64,000 nt of DNA from NCBI GenBank assembly GCA_030141605.1, contig JAQGDQ010000111.1, positions 549,622-613,621 on the forward strand, given 5' to 3'. The first letter of the stretch is position 1. Every line of letters begins with the position of its first letter. The translations under genes were made by a program, and so were the position numbers. The DNA is from Tubiluchus corallicola. Its lineage: Eukaryota > Animalia > Priapulida. This document shows, one piece after another, positions 26,371 through 41,152 of this stretch. The notes under the pieces are model-generated. The model ran no database searches, was not told the origin of the DNA, and was given only the letters and a program-made list of their open reading frames with translations.

Positions 26371-27194
26371 GACAAATTGGTCTAAGTGCAGTGACTGTCA
26401 TTCGCAAGATTAAGACCCACTTGCTTAACAACAGTTTAATTTTTATTATCATTTACAAGTATTGTCTATTGTCCCATTTATTGTTCTCAGAGGAGACAAC
26501 CATTGCCTTTGTTCCTATAGTAGTAATTAACTTTTACAATAATTTAATACTCAATATTTGACAAGTACACAAGATGGTAATGCTGCGATTTTTGTTAGTG
26601 CATACTTGAAAATTGATAATGGGAAATACTCAAAATCGGGCAAAAATGACAATTTTGCATGAGGGAAGGCTACTCTGAACAACACATTTCTCCAAAAAGT
26701 GGATTTAGCGAAACAAGTTCATAATGACATAGTCTGTTTCCAAAGTACGCAACTTCTGGTGTTAGGAAAACAAGTGGACGTCTATGTAAAACAACAGCAA
26801 GAAGTGGCCACTTGTCTATGATAATAATACTAATAAGTAATAAAATTGTTTATTCTTAAAAAAGGCAGTACATATTCATCTCATCACTTTTTAATAACGA
26901 TTGGCAATTAGAAAGTGAATCTCAACGAACATTAACTGTTATAGATTACACTATAAATAAACTTGATAATAGCCAAAACACTCACTAAACCACCGTTCCT
27001 TTCCTAAGGGCCAAGGCCTTTCATTTGACATATAGATCGGGGAAAACGATGCATGCGTTAGAGCAGCAGCCTTGAATCTTATAGAATTAACGTTGAAGTA
27101 AACGGTGCAGTAATACTTTTGCCAGAAGTTAAAATAATTGTTTGAAAGAATAATTATACACTAGCCAAATCCTGCACAATATTTTGCGCATTAA

Positions 27195-27550
27195 ACCCAC
27201 AATGATCACCCTCACCATACCACACACACCATCCACACATGGACGCCATACGATCCACACTACACCATTCATACCACATCATATCAACTGTACCACCCAC
27301 ACCGTGCCACCAAGACCACAACACCTTGCCATTGAAACCGAACTACCCACACCAAACAACACCAACCACACCGCACACCCACCACCACCACCACCACAAC
27401 AACAACAACCCACATTACTCTCACCACACTACACCAAACCCACCACGTCACTCAGTAATCATGATGATAGTGGTGGTGATAATGACGATGATGACGACGA
27501 CGATGATTATGACATCTACAATGCTCACATCAATAACAAATAACACCACA
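27195..27550. repeat. CAC/CAA-rich then GAT/GAC-rich low-complexity region
   Basis: (ACC)n, (AAC)n and (GAT/GAC)n runs; explains ORFs 27184..27543 and 27239..27556. Confidence 0.8.
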
Positions 27551-30500
27551 GTTTAGGAAACAATGCAAAACATTTTATACAAAGTTGAAACTCTGTGCTA
27601 TGTTATTAGACTCATCAACCAATGATCAATAATGCACGAACATCTGACGTAGTTTTGCGTACATTTCAAAATAAAATCTCAATGAAAATATACTATCACG
27701 AAATTTAATCGATAAGTAATTTGATAAATGACTCGTTTTTCTTTATAATGCCTCAAAAGGACATTATAATGACATAAAGTAAACATTGCCTTTTAAATAT
27801 CACAAACTTTTGCAAGTTGGAGTTAGGTCTGGGCCGTGATTGAGGTCGGGTCGGGATGAGAAGTTGGGGAACGGGGTTCGGGACAGGACTGAACGTTCGG
27901 GAACGAGGTTCGAAATCTGAAGAAAGTTCGGAACCGAGCCCTATCCCGTACATCATACCTAGAAATAATCCAGATTTCTACGTAGTTAATTCTTGTGGGA
28001 AATTGTGAGGAACAAGGCTCCAGAAAAACAGCCATCACATGCAATTCAGCAATTTTAATCTTAAAAGAACTTGGAGCCATTAAGAATGTTTGGGTGAAGG
28101 AAGTCTCCACAGACTAAAGTCGATACTTTGCATGCCCTAACATACATCTTACCCCCTAAGGAAAGGTGCTACACAAAATAGTGAAATTTTGTAACATTTG
28201 AACAATTTTGTGACAAAAACTAATGCAGATGCTGTAATGAGAAGTCGTAAACAAAATAAGTCTACTTATCAGAAATTTTGATTAAGAATGAAAATTTTTC
28301 TTTTCAAAATAACATGAATGTTCAAGGTGGTCTTGAACTTTTGTTAATGGCGTAAATAAATTATATAATAGTAATCATATCAGTAATTAAATATAAAATC
28401 GGCCAGACAAACCAACAAATTGATACAATCAATCAAACATTCAGTCTATTTTTTTAGGCTCTCTACCATGACTTCTGGCTTTAACCAACGTCAAATGCAA
28501 GAAATACTGCAGCACCTAAAACTCATTTACTCGTCTGCAAACCTTGCAAACACAAAATATCAAGATATCAGTATCAAAATAAAAAACAACAAATTAGTAA
28601 AAAGTATCGGAAGGATATTATCTGAACGTACTTTTTCTTCGAGTGCTTTCTATTATAAAAAAATACGGTAACCGACTTTTGTTTTAGAAACTTGCTAGAT
28701 TACAGGCATGTCAGGGAATTCCCCAAAGTCCACAACATAAGAGCCCTGACTTTCTGAAGTCACGACATTTACAATGTTCATCCGGTAAAAACATAATTTA
28801 GACATTCCAGCTACGGATTAAAAACTATCTACAAGCTTAAACTGTTGTCTTAACCGTGGACAGTTCATGGTCCAAAGTAGCTCATTCATGGCACTTATTC
28901 ATTCATTTGCCACACAACTACGATTAGCATGACGTCATACAGACGTCCACTTAAATATACACAGCGTTATCCGGCTAGTAAACATGACATTCGGCATTAC
29001 AGTTAATTATTATTGTAATTAACGTAGAATAAGATGTTAACAGGTTGAGGTCGAGTGATGCATTCAAGAACCACGTATCGCGATTTTGAATCTGAGTAAA
29101 GTTTACTCTCTGAGCTGTAAGGCTTAAGCAAATCAATGCAGAATTTAATCAGTTTATGTAATTGAACTGAGTGTCATCGAATAAGACAAAAACAAACTGC
29201 AGCGCATGTGTTATAACCACAGTCACTTCAAAATTTAGAGAAATGCAGTTAGTTTGGGTAGACTGGAGTATACTTTATTTAAAGTCTGATCATACAAACT
29301 ACAAACATACGCTATGAAGCTTTTACAACCGACTGATAAAGAATACAGAAGTAATGAAAGATAAAAATAATACTTATAAAACATTTATCCCTGCAAATAA
29401 AAAACCAATAAAAGTTAATTTGACATGTAAAATAAAGCCTAACTAAAATTGAGTAAGCGTAAAGTGCACAGAATATACAGGTAAGCAATATACACAATAA
29501 TTTGGCAATTTTAGCTCTAGCTAGATTATTCATTTTTTTATTTCAGTATAATTCGACATCCTGCAAACTGGAATACATTACTCAACGACACATCCTACTT
29601 AACATGTGAATGTCGAAAACCAAAACCTAGTTCACTGTTAAGGCAGAAGTATGTTAACCATGTGCACATGAATTCAAGGCGGTCATCTTTTCTGAACGAG
29701 GTAAACGGCCTGATTCAGTAGGGCAAATTGAACACTTGAGGTTATCCATCCCTTCAATGACCAGTCTCGGCGTTATTTAACTTCAGTCGTTAAGCACGCG
29801 CCGCGACCACTCGGTTATTTATACTCGCCTGGCGTTCTGGCCCATAATAATCAGTGAGAGACCCACGGTGGATACCGCAATCTACATTAAAATTCCCGTG
29901 GTTCAAATGGAATGGTGAATTCAAACCTCGAGAGATGAACAGACGGACAGACAGATAACAATTATTTTAATAATTGCATAATTTTTAATTTATTAAAATT
30001 TATTGATAATTATTACAATCACAACAAAAAGAAGAAACACTGAGTCAGTGACAACCATTGAATAACTGCATCTTTTACATTGCTTTACCATATCCTCTAT
30101 ACTTTTCATAGGTGATAATAATAATATACATACTTTGGCTTTTTACCCTGCTGGTAAAACTATCTGCCAAAATCACTGCTGAACTAACGATGGCTGGTGG
30201 AAGTAAAATTCGTATTTACAACATGCATTTCGAAAGTAGCCTTTGGGTATTTCATACACTTTTATGCGGTCGAGTGCCAATGCCGTATAAGGAGCGAGAA
30301 TTACTGTAACGCTGTCAGATCACCTCTGTATACGAGGAATTGCCTAAAGACACATGGACATCTTACATGAGACTTGCTAGGAGACGCCTTGTGGAATTCA
30401 TGACTTTAAAATGACCTCTGGGCGTATTGGAAATACAAAAAACGATGTACGTCATTCATACTTACCTGTGATTAATGTGTAAGATTACGATCACGAAAAG

Positions 30501-30890
30501 TTTTGCAGCATAGTACAAAATATTATCACTGTTATAATAGTAGGCCTGCTATGTTCCTTGACAGTAATTATGACTAGTGGCTTGTTTTTCTAAATCGCAA
30601 AGTGTCCTCAGTTCATTACACTTCATTGTTTACGTTATAAATTTTGTTTAAAAGTCCTCTTTGTATTATAACGTGAATGACTTCCAATCATTGGAGACGA
30701 AATTTGTAACATCCTATCTAAAAATATGGATGCATACGTACTCTAAGTTCATTTAGGCAATTAAGATCTTTGTTTGTACTGAGTGACGTGAAGTTTGTAA
30801 CCTACATGTAAACTATTAAAGTAAAAAATGATTTAACAGCTGCCTTCGTGTGTGCATGCATAATACAATAACAATGGCCTACACAATAAT

Positions 30891-31867
30891 CTAAACTAAA
30901 TTACACTAAACTAAACTAAACTAAACTAAACCAAACCAAACCAAACCAAACCAAACTAAGCTAAACTAAACTATACTAAACTAAGTTAAGCTAAGCTAAG
31001 CTAAGCTAAGCCAAGCCAAGTCAAACCAAACCAAACCAAACCAAACTAAGCTAAACTAAACTATACTAAACTAAGTTAAGCTAAGCTAAGCTAAGCTAAG
31101 CCAAGCCAAGCCAAGTCAAACCAAACCAAACCAAACCAAACCAAACCAAACCAAACAAAACAAAACAAAACAAAACAAAACAAAACAAAACAAAACAAAA
31201 CAGAACAGAACAGAACAGAACAGAACAGAACAGAACAGAACAGAACAGAACAGAACAGAACAGAACAGAACAGAACAGAACAGAACAGAACAGAACAGAA
31301 CAGAACAGAACAGAACCGAGCCGAACCGAACCGAACAGAACAGAACAGAACCGAACCGAACAGAACAGAACAGAACAGAACAGAACAGAACGAAACAGAA
31401 CAAAACAGAACAAAACAAAACAAAACAAAACAAGTTTAAACTAAACTAAACTAAACTAAGCTAAGCTAAGCTAAACTAAGCTAAGCTAAGCTAAGCTAAG
31501 CTAAGCTAAGCTAAGCTAAGCTAAGCTAAGCTAAGCTAAGCTAAGCTAAGCTAAGCTAAGCTAAGCTAAGCTAAGCTAAGCTAAACTAAACTAAACTAAA
31601 CTAAACTAAACTAAACTAAACTAAACTAAACTAAACTAAACTAAACTAAACTAAACTAAACTAAACTAAACTAAGCTAAGCTAAGCTAAGCTAAGCTAAG
31701 CTAAGCTAAGCTAAGCTAAGCTAAACTAAACTAAACTAAACTAAGCTAAGCTAAGCTAAGCTAAGCTAAGCTAAACTATACTAAACTAAGCTAAGCTTAA
31801 CTAAGCCAAACGAAACCAAACGAAACCAAACCAAACCAAACTAAACCAAGCCAAACTAAACTAAACT
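30891..31867. repeat. Compound pentanucleotide microsatellite (~1 kb)
   Basis: In-phase blocks of CTAAA, CCAAA, CTAAG, CCAAG, CAAAA, CAGAA and CCGAA. Confidence 0.97.
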
Positions 31868-32513
31868 ATGTAAACAATTATACTGGTGACACTCAGAGTG
31901 TTTTTTATGCGTTGGCTCCTATACATTCAGTTTCTGATACGTTTGTTATACATTTATGCCTTTATCAAGTATAGTAACCATACTGTATAATTATAAATCT
32001 TCTAATAAATTAACAGCGTTATGGTATATTAACAGTGCCTGTACATAAAGCTATTTCGTGGAAAAATGCTCGATTTATAAAGTATATATGGATACCTGGT
32101 ATTTATAACTGAGCTATTTTACTAACAGTAAAAATCGCACAACAAACGGCTATAATGACAGTTGAAAATCTTTTCAAGGTAACTCATTGTAGCAAACGCC
32201 TAAAACAACGCAAATGAACAAAACCTCCCACGTTCATGAACAAAGTGCTAAACAAAAGGATTTCACTGAAATAATTGCTGTGTATTTTAACCACCATTCA
32301 GTTGTCAGCGTCTCAAAGACACGTTAGCCATATTTTATTGAATTTAGGTAAGAAACAAACACTCGTAATTGCATTTTAATGGTATATTTTTTCTACCGCC
32401 AAATTCGCACAATAAAAGTCTGTTGTTCGTCTGACTTTAGTGTTTAAACTGTTTAAACAAAATGCGTGAATATAAGCGCACACGCAAAAAAGGCTTAGTT
32501 GAAAAAACAGAAT

Positions 32514-33135
<622 letters not shown>

Positions 33136-34177
33136 TAGCAATGAAGGAGGAGGCACCACTTTATATTTTTAGTTCACAGAAATTCCAGCTTTTGACCAAC
33201 AACTGAGTTGATACTAATTGCCAGAAAAACAAAACAACATTTGCGTAATGTGCATGGACACCATAAAAAGTGTCCTAAGGTTGTGCCAGTGTAATAGCAT
33301 AGTAATTACTTAAACAATTTGAAGATAGGCCCGCACTAACAAGATTTATGTAGTATTGTTAAATTAATCTAACTTTATGGGACACCTGACATTCACACGT
33401 AACCATGATAAAATGCCACTCTTCGAGTGTTGGACCACCTGTAAATCTTGTTTCATATTAAATTTCAACCTCAAATTTATGATTTGCTGAGATTGATGAC
33501 TACCAAACGTGTCAAAGGTAAACAAACAAACAAATAAGTCCACTCAGGTGGTAATAATAAAAGATGTCGAATCTTTCGTCCAAACGTTTAAACGCCGACA
33601 ATTTTGAAATTGAATACTCAGAAAGTTCGACGGGCTAGCAGCATGATGTCTTTGTCAAAACTGCGCCAAGAATTTTTGGCTGTTTAAGGTTCGCCCCAGG
33701 ATATGTATGATTCACCGCAGCATTCTTGCTGTGATTAAAACCACCCCATTCCCAGATACGTCTGGTTTTAAAACGTGGTTTAAATATTAATATATGTCAA
33801 AGCAAATTTAGGAATAGCAGCTTTAGTAGAAGTGCCTAGTGCACATGTATTTTTACATAACATGTATATAGCTAATAGCAACGTGTGTAACAAATCACGA
33901 ATTGAACTACGTCGCCGAGCTCATGAGGGATCGTATGGTGCAGTACACATGGTTAATAATCAGTTTTTCAAGTATTCGTTGCGGTGGTCTGTGTTTAAGT
34001 TTCTTTCACAATTCTGTGAATAGCAGATCCTTATATTCCCAGGACGCTCACTTATCCACTTACTAACCAGGCACTTTATAACCAGGTATTGGTTGCCTTG
34101 GGTATCATCAGTTTATTGCAGAGCTCTAATTGATCTAAACGATCATATGTAATTGCATGTAAATGAACCGGTGCACG

Positions 34178-34386
34178 GTAAAAAAGACACAGGAAAAAAA
34201 ATGGCACAAATGGAAAGTAGATAAAAATAGCACAAATGGAAAAGTAGGTAAAATAGCACAGATAAAAATGGCACAGGAAAAATGACACGGCAAAAATAGC
34301 ACAGGAAAAAATGGCACAAATGGAAATGTAGGTAGAAATAGCACACGAAAAATGGCACAGATGGAAAAGTAGGTAAAATGGTACAT
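34178..34386. repeat. Degenerate minisatellite AAAATRGCACARATGGAAAAGTAGGT
   Basis: About 10 variable-length copies of an AAAATGGCACA/AAAATAGCACA core; probably internal to a non-autonomous element. Confidence 0.8.
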
Positions 34387-34939
34387 ATGTTATTTTAATG
34401 CAAATGATTTCTATAATAAAAGCAGAATGCGATCAGTAAAAAACAGATCTCTGCTAAAGCCGAACAATCTTAATAAGTGTGATTTTTTTTATTAAAAACG
34501 TGAAACAAATATAAGCAAGCAATCTTCGTATTATATAGACTGGCAAAAGACACAAAATATTTTGTTCAATAAAAAGAATCGTAATCAATAATGTACGGAT
34601 ATTTCCATGGTGTTTATCTACCTTTCTTTAACCATTAATTCTGACGACGGTAATAGACTGACATACACACGTATTTACGTATTAAGTCAGATTACTAAGC
34701 TGTATGCATTGAAGGGCATCGGTTATAGACAGCGTTACACAGTTTTCTAAGTGATGAATTTTGGAAATGGAACCTGGAACTAGCTCGTGACTGTTTGTCA
34801 TGCTGGAGATCATAAAAAAGAACTACCCTGTCTTATAGTCATATTCCTCCTGTTTTCAAGGAGTTATAACAGTCTCTCTGAGACCTTCACGAAGTGCTTG
34901 AGGAATGCTCAATTTTTGTTATGTTTCTTATATATCGCT

Positions 34940-35172
34940 CTTGCTATTTCTATTCCTGTCTTGTTCTTGTTCTTTTTCTTGTGTTGTTCTTATTCTTATT
35001 CTTGTTCTTATTCTTATTATTGTTGTTGTTCTTATTTTTGTTCTTGTTCTTGTTCTCATGCTCATGCTCATGCTCATGCTCATACTCATGCTTATGCTCA
35101 TGCTCATGCTCATGCTCATGCTCATGCTCATGCTCATGTTCATGTTCATGCTTATGTTTATGTATACTTACT
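34940..35172. repeat. Compound hexanucleotide repeat (TTCTTR)n then (CTCATG)n
   Basis: Visible directly; generates the His-Ala, Leu-Met and Cys-Ser ORFs. Confidence 0.92.
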
Positions 35173-35996
35173 CATATTACTACTATTCCTATTTTCCATC
35201 GTGGAGACTGACTCATCACATTGCCTTTAACACGGGTATAGTTTATGGTTACTGTAAACGCATAAAAACACGCTCAGAGCATTGACTAACAGTTTCCAAG
35301 GATTTTCGGTAATGAGCAAATTATGCAAGATGTCAGGAAGTCAGGGCATGCTCATTAAAATTACTTTACAGTGACATTTACACAAGTATATTGTCCACAA
35401 CTCTAACTAAAGTATACTGTATATTGAGTAGATTTTTTAATTTACTTTTAAAACCATAATCGCCCTAACTATAAAATATAGCAAAGAGTTTCAAGTACGG
35501 AGGTAATGATATGGAAATCTGGGACATAGGGGAAGATTTACCCCCATTGCTGACGAGTCGCACCTGCTGTTTTGTTACCTAGTTTTCGGAAAAAGTGAAT
35601 AAATAAACGTGGTTGAATGAGGTGCCACATCCGTTGCTATTTTATGGCGTGTTGCCTTGTCACCATTGTATGTTGATAACCAATTCACAAGACTAGGAGT
35701 TGACAGGTGTGGATATTCGTCCGAGAAAAAATGCAGCAGTTTTCATTTAATTTATGAAACGATGAAATAAAGACGATATAAAGAAAAATAGCATCCTAGG
35801 ACTAAAAACGTAGAATTAATGTTAAGAAAAAAAGAGATGACTCATCCTGTTGAGTTCCCAATTGCAGAATGCTTTCCATAGATCATTACTCCATCTGTAC
35901 TGAAACTACTTACAAACAAAAAAGACTTGGATGGACGAGCACTTGTGCAGATAAAGACGAAACCATGCACTGGGCAAACTGATACGTAGGCTTTTT

Positions 35997-36272
35997 TATA
36001 ACTTCAGGATTTTTTACAATACTAACTACTTTCGTGGCTTTGTATAACTTCAGGATTTTTTACAATACTAGCTACTTTCGTGGCTTTGTATAACTTCAGG
36101 ATTTTTTACAATACTAGCTACTTTCGTGGTTTTGTATAACTTCAGGATTTGTTACAATACTAGCTACTTTCGTGGCTTTGTATAACTTCAGGATTTGTTA
36201 CAATACTAGCTACTTTCGTGGCTTTGTATAACTTCAGGATTTTTTTACAATACTAGCTACTTTCGTGGCTTC
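35997..36272. repeat. 46-bp minisatellite, 6 near-identical copies
   Basis: TATAACTTCAGGATTTKTTACAATACTAGCTACTTTCGTGGCTTTG starting at 35997, 36043, 36089, 36135, 36181 and 36227; no spacers. Confidence 0.96.
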
Positions 36273-37349
36273 TTTACAGCATAATAACGCCCAGAAAATT
36301 GGCCACAAAAATATTTAACTTATTGGCCTAAGGAAATTCTTGAAAATTTTGGGATTCATTAATTCATTCTAAGTAATGTATGCTCACATACAATCAATAG
36401 GGGCGAATCAAGACATCGTGACACCCAAGGCTGATAGTTCAGTCCCGCCCAGTGGATTATGGATTTATTGATGTTTACATATGAAGCGCGTACTGCTTTA
36501 TTACACCATTACTTGTGATATATTAGTAGCACTCTTCCTTAATACCTGCATGATTATTGTTAACTGTAGACATTTGCATAGTGCTTATATGTAAGCAATT
36601 ACTTGTAGTGCTTGTAGTATAGCAAAATATAAGTAGTAATAATTGTATTTCTTTATAATTATATGGCGTGTATACAAAAACATTTTCATTAACTGATTGT
36701 GGTGTGTTGCAAAATACGCGCTTCTTGTAAATATGAAAGGATACTTTCTGAGGAGAATAAGGCTACTTTTACACTGGGTCCCTAACATCTCACGCCCCTG
36801 AAAGTTAGCCTATTGGTAAATACGCGCGTGACAATCAACAGCCCGAACATTGTCATAATTATTTTTTCACAACAGATTTAAGTTTATGTGAGTTTAAAAA
36901 GTACGATGTGCATTATTATTATTATTATATGCGAATATTTTATCACCAGTTGTACCGAATTTACTAAAATATAAAATTACTACGACCAACTTCGTGTGAC
37001 GTTCGTACCTGGAGCGCAGTCTACCACCTTCCTTAGTTGCCTGGCGTTTGTGCCTGCAATCAACGCCTACGCAAACTGACGCAGTAATAATTCTGACAAG
37101 ATTCTTTTACATAATTAGGCGTCTAAGATTATTCACAAACAGCGCCAAGGTTAGGAGATCATAGACTCAATCTTGCAATCCACTCCAGGTAGAGGTTAAA
37201 CTACTCCTAAAACTCTACAGGTCAATCATCGTGTGTGGTTTTCATGTCACAGATCAACCAATAAAGCTACTTTTTGAATGAAACGTAATGGGATTATTGT
37301 GAATAAGGTTGCGTGGCGATGACAGATCGGTGATGTGTTCGATAGCCAA

Positions 37350-37782
37350 AAAGGTAAAGATTGAAGAAAAGCAAAAAAGAGGAGTTTGAATGAGAGAGAG
37401 AGAAAGAAGGGAAAAGAATAACGAGAGGAAGAAGAGGATTTAAGAAATATGTGTTGAGGAGAAGAGAGTAGAGCAGGAGAAATAAGAGGGAAAACAGAAG
37501 AAAAGAGGTGTGAAAGGGCAAAACAAGATGTGGGAGAAGGGAAGAAAGAAAAAGAAGAGTACGAAAGGAGAGGAAAGGAGTGGACAGAAGTAGAGCAACC
37601 TTTCAACTGTCCCTGTGGTACAGAAAAGAAGTGGGAGAGACAAAAGAGACGCAGAGAGCGCGAAAGAGAAAGAGAGAGGGGAACGTGAGTGACTGAGTGA
37701 GAGAAGAGTGAGAGAGAGAGGAGAGAGAGAGACCGAGAGAGGGGGGAGAGAGAGATAGGCAGACAGAGAAATATATAATATA

Positions 37783-37871
<89 letters not shown>

Positions 37872-37882
37872 GGAGAGAAAGA
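37350..37882. repeat. Purine-rich tract with (AT)n and (GA)n
   Basis: GA-rich low complexity, then (AT)n ~37785-37822 and (GA)n to ~37880. Confidence 0.9.
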
Positions 37883-38744
37883 ATAACTTACAGAAAGTAA
37901 AACAGCACCACGGAATTCAAAAAGAAGTAAAAATAAACCTAAAGAATGGAAAGATCATTTCTTCAAAGGGCGTGTCAGATAATAAGGATTGAAATGCTTT
38001 CAAAACAACTTTTATCCCGATTTATTAAATAATGTGTTAGTGTCAATTATAAAAATTATGTGCTTCCCAATTATTTGAGCTGATAATGGGATACGCGTTG
38101 CTAAAATAGCCGCCATTATCCTACCCGAACAGAAGCTGTACGAAAGAAATGAATCATTGTAATACATCGCCAACAAGACTTTTATTTTACAATGAAATGT
38201 TTTATAGCAAACGTAAAATAAATATTTTAAATATCCTAATCCTTTAGGGTTAAACGGTTAGAGACGGGTTTGGTGTGCAAGTGTCAACAAAGTGCAGGAC
38301 GAGGTGGAAGCGTTTTAGAAGATAAATGTTGTCTTAACAAGTCTTTCAAAAGTTTTTAACATTAGTCATCAACTGTTTAACATAGAAACTACGTGCAGCT
38401 TTTCTCGTTTCTATTGGCCTGGAGTCCCAGTATTTGAAAAAAATTCGTTTTCCTTCGTATGAACTCATCAGTTTGTAGCTTGCAGGTCTTTGGTCATTCC
38501 TTTTTAGAATTTCCTTAAAATTGTGAAGAGTAAGAAATAATGTCTGAACTTTGCAGTAACAATGGAGTAAATAAGAACAATATGAGCTTCTAACCGAATT
38601 AGCGAATGTAAGAAATAAAATTACAAATGCAGGGATCTTAATATGATTTCTAGATCATGTTATTTAATAATTTTTTTATAAAAATCTCATTCTGTAAAAT
38701 TGAATTGAAAATCGGATAAGCATTTTGAATACCAGGGTGAATCT

Positions 38745-39412
38745 TTCTTCTTCTTCAAAATCTCATTCCACCTATCGACATTACATTTATCAGAGCATTC
38801 CATCCACTTCTATCTGCAGCTAACAGCGTAAGTTCTTCTACTCCTAGAGATAGATGTTGGGTGAACATCTTTATTCATCTTAGCTATCCAAGTTGTTTTA
38901 GGTTTGCCAGGTGGCTTTTTGCAAGGTTTTAAGGCTTCCTTTAAGACGATTCTTACTGGTGCTTCATTTGGTAATCTTAGCCATCTAGCCATCTTAATCT
39001 TCCGATCTTCATTTATGTTCTGGTGCATAAATCTTCATTTTTGGTTATGTATGGCCATCTTATCTTTAAAACTTTCCTAAGAAGAATTCTATGAAATGTG
39101 TCAATTTACGTTTCTTGAGTAATCGTTAAACCCCAAGTTTCGATGTTGTACATAAATGCTGGTGCTGAAGAAAAGCATGGATTGCTTGTTGCTTTCTGCT
39201 TTTAATATCATCTTTCATGTACCCATTCTGCCCGTGTACTTGCACTTTCTCTAAGACTGGTTACCATCTCTTGCAATAATATATTCTTGTGTTTTTGACT
39301 AGTTTACTTGAATATTTCTTTTCTCTAGTTTTTTGGAAAATGTCTTTTTATTGCGTTCGTTTAAAAATTTGATACACTAGTTCATCCAATATCGTCTGCG
39401 TATGTCACAATT
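38745..39412 (-). mobile_element. Decayed RTE-clade LINE, 3' fragment
   Basis: Minus strand reads IVTYADDIG (RT catalytic motif, 39391-39402), AFMYNIETWGLT, TFHRILLRKVLKIRWP and RWLRLPNEAPVRIVLKEALKPCKKPPGKPKTTW, ending in a (GAA)n tail at 38745-38756; frameshifted and internally deleted. Confidence 0.85.
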
Positions 39413-40177
39413 TGTAAATAGGTTATTTTTATTTTTATTTTCTTTTTTAATAAATTCTATGCAAAATATAACGTCTTAGAATTTTATAATTTTCTTTTAG
39501 AACTTTGTAAAAAATCTTTTAAGGTATTTAACTAAAAATATTTCAGTTTTTTGTTCTCGAAAGTAACGTCGCCTATTCAATTCCTTTGGACAGAATTTTA
39601 GCAAAATAAGGAAAGTAAAAGAAAAGCAAACGTTACACTTACGCATTTTATGTTTTTGGATTTGCATGTCTTATGCATTAAGTGAAAACTTACGTTAGCG
39701 TGGTCATGTTTACTTTTCGCTTGACTTACTGTTATGGTTAAAATTCTTCACACAGAAATAATAACGTTATTTGTTAATTTACACTTTCTTTATTACTCCT
39801 TATCTTGCTCACGAATATGTAAATAGTTTTTACAAAGTTAAGAAGTCAATTCCAAACGTGTTTGAACCCAAAGTCGGACCTTTTGTGACTCCACCCAAAA
39901 TCCAAAAAATGGATAATCATTTTACCTTTTGTCTAAAAATTTGGAATTTTTAGAAAGTGCTGGTGTCCGTCCAAACGCTGCTGCACAAGCACGTGTTGCT
40001 CATGTGACTTAGATTAAGCTCTATTGAAAATCTAATGTTGCAACTGCATGGTACGTAGAAGCTGTGACTATCGAAAATAAGACTGCGCTAAATACCTTAG
40101 TGATGATTGTACAAACAATCAATTATCTAAAGTTTGATATCAAACTTGATAGACAGGAAATATGAATAAGTTACAAT

Positions 40178-40251
40178 ACAGCGTGGATTTGAACCAGGTA
40201 CTTTCCGTTTACAAGGCAGATGCCTTTGACAGTTAGACCACTGTACTCACC
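40178..40251 (-). pseudogene. tRNA-derived sequence (Thr-TGT-like pseudogene or SINE head)
   Basis: Minus strand: ...AGTGGTCTAACTGTCAAAGGCATCTGCCTTGTAAACGGAAAGTACCTGGTTCAAATCCACGC; A-box-like and clear B-box GGTTCAAATCC, but stems pair poorly. Confidence 0.55.
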
Positions 40252-40983
40252 AGTCAAAAAGGCATTTCAAAGTTCCATCCCTTATCTGGTAAACCGATTT
40301 CAGTATTTTCAATATTATATATCACTCATTCTAGAGCAATTTTAGCTAACTAGTTTAATTTTTATGTTTTGATTAATTTTCTCTTCTGAAATTCCCGTGA
40401 GTAATAAATTTGTAGTTTACAGTTCTGGGAAGTAGAAAAAATGGTATTTGCAGCACTTTCGTAAAAAATACTGTTTGGTCAATGACAGCCTTTTTCTGTA
40501 GATTTGCTAAATCAGAATGTGATTTTTTTGTATAGTGAATTTTCTTGAATATGTCAATTGTAATTTTTGCTATCTGAGTCTTATAACGACCAAAAGAAAC
40601 GAATTTTTCATAAGCCACTTGATGAATTTTGCTTTCTGTACCCAATTGACCTTTATGATTTTTGCATTCAAACAAACATCACAAAAGTAAAAACGGCACG
40701 CTTTTTTATTTATAGTTTTCAATGTGCATATTTTTTATAGCTGAAGCTGGGTTAAAAGAGAGATAAGGGAACACTATTACGAAAACACCGAAAATAAGTC
40801 CACGTCATTCCATGTCCAAATCCTACGGGTCATTTTTCAATGTAAACGATGGAGTAGACAAATCCGGTCTTAATGGGGATTTGCAAGTTTAAGCTAAGCA
40901 AAACCCAAACACCAAAATAATTATACATTATAATTCAGTGCATTGAAAAAACTTCTGAAAACGTTATTAGTTAATTATTATAT

Positions 40984-41152
40984 TTTTTGTTTGTTTTTGT
41001 TTTGCTAGTTTCTCTGTTTATTTATTTGTTTTGTTGGTTTGTTTGTCTGCTGGTTGATTGGCTGGTTGGTTAGTTGGCTGGTTGGTTGGTTGTTTCGTGA
41101 GTTGGCTGCTTCGTTGGTTCGTTAGTTCATTCACTGGCGGTTTATTTATTTA
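40984..41152. repeat. Degenerate (GTTT/GGTT/ATTT)n tract
   Basis: Tetranucleotide low complexity visible directly. Confidence 0.75.

Noticed and set aside
30458-30470. U1 snRNA 5' end (ATACTTACCTG) or donor of a hidden minus-strand gene; similar at ~51902
   Set aside because: The match stops after 11 nt with no U1 body, and the adjacent minus-strand frames at 30466-30600 all contain stops.
35997-36272. CRISPR array
   Set aside because: Units are head-to-tail with no unique spacers, there are no cas genes, and the context is a eukaryotic genome.
40178-40251. Functional tRNA-Thr gene
   Set aside because: Acceptor and anticodon stems do not pair well; kept only as a tRNA-derived relic.
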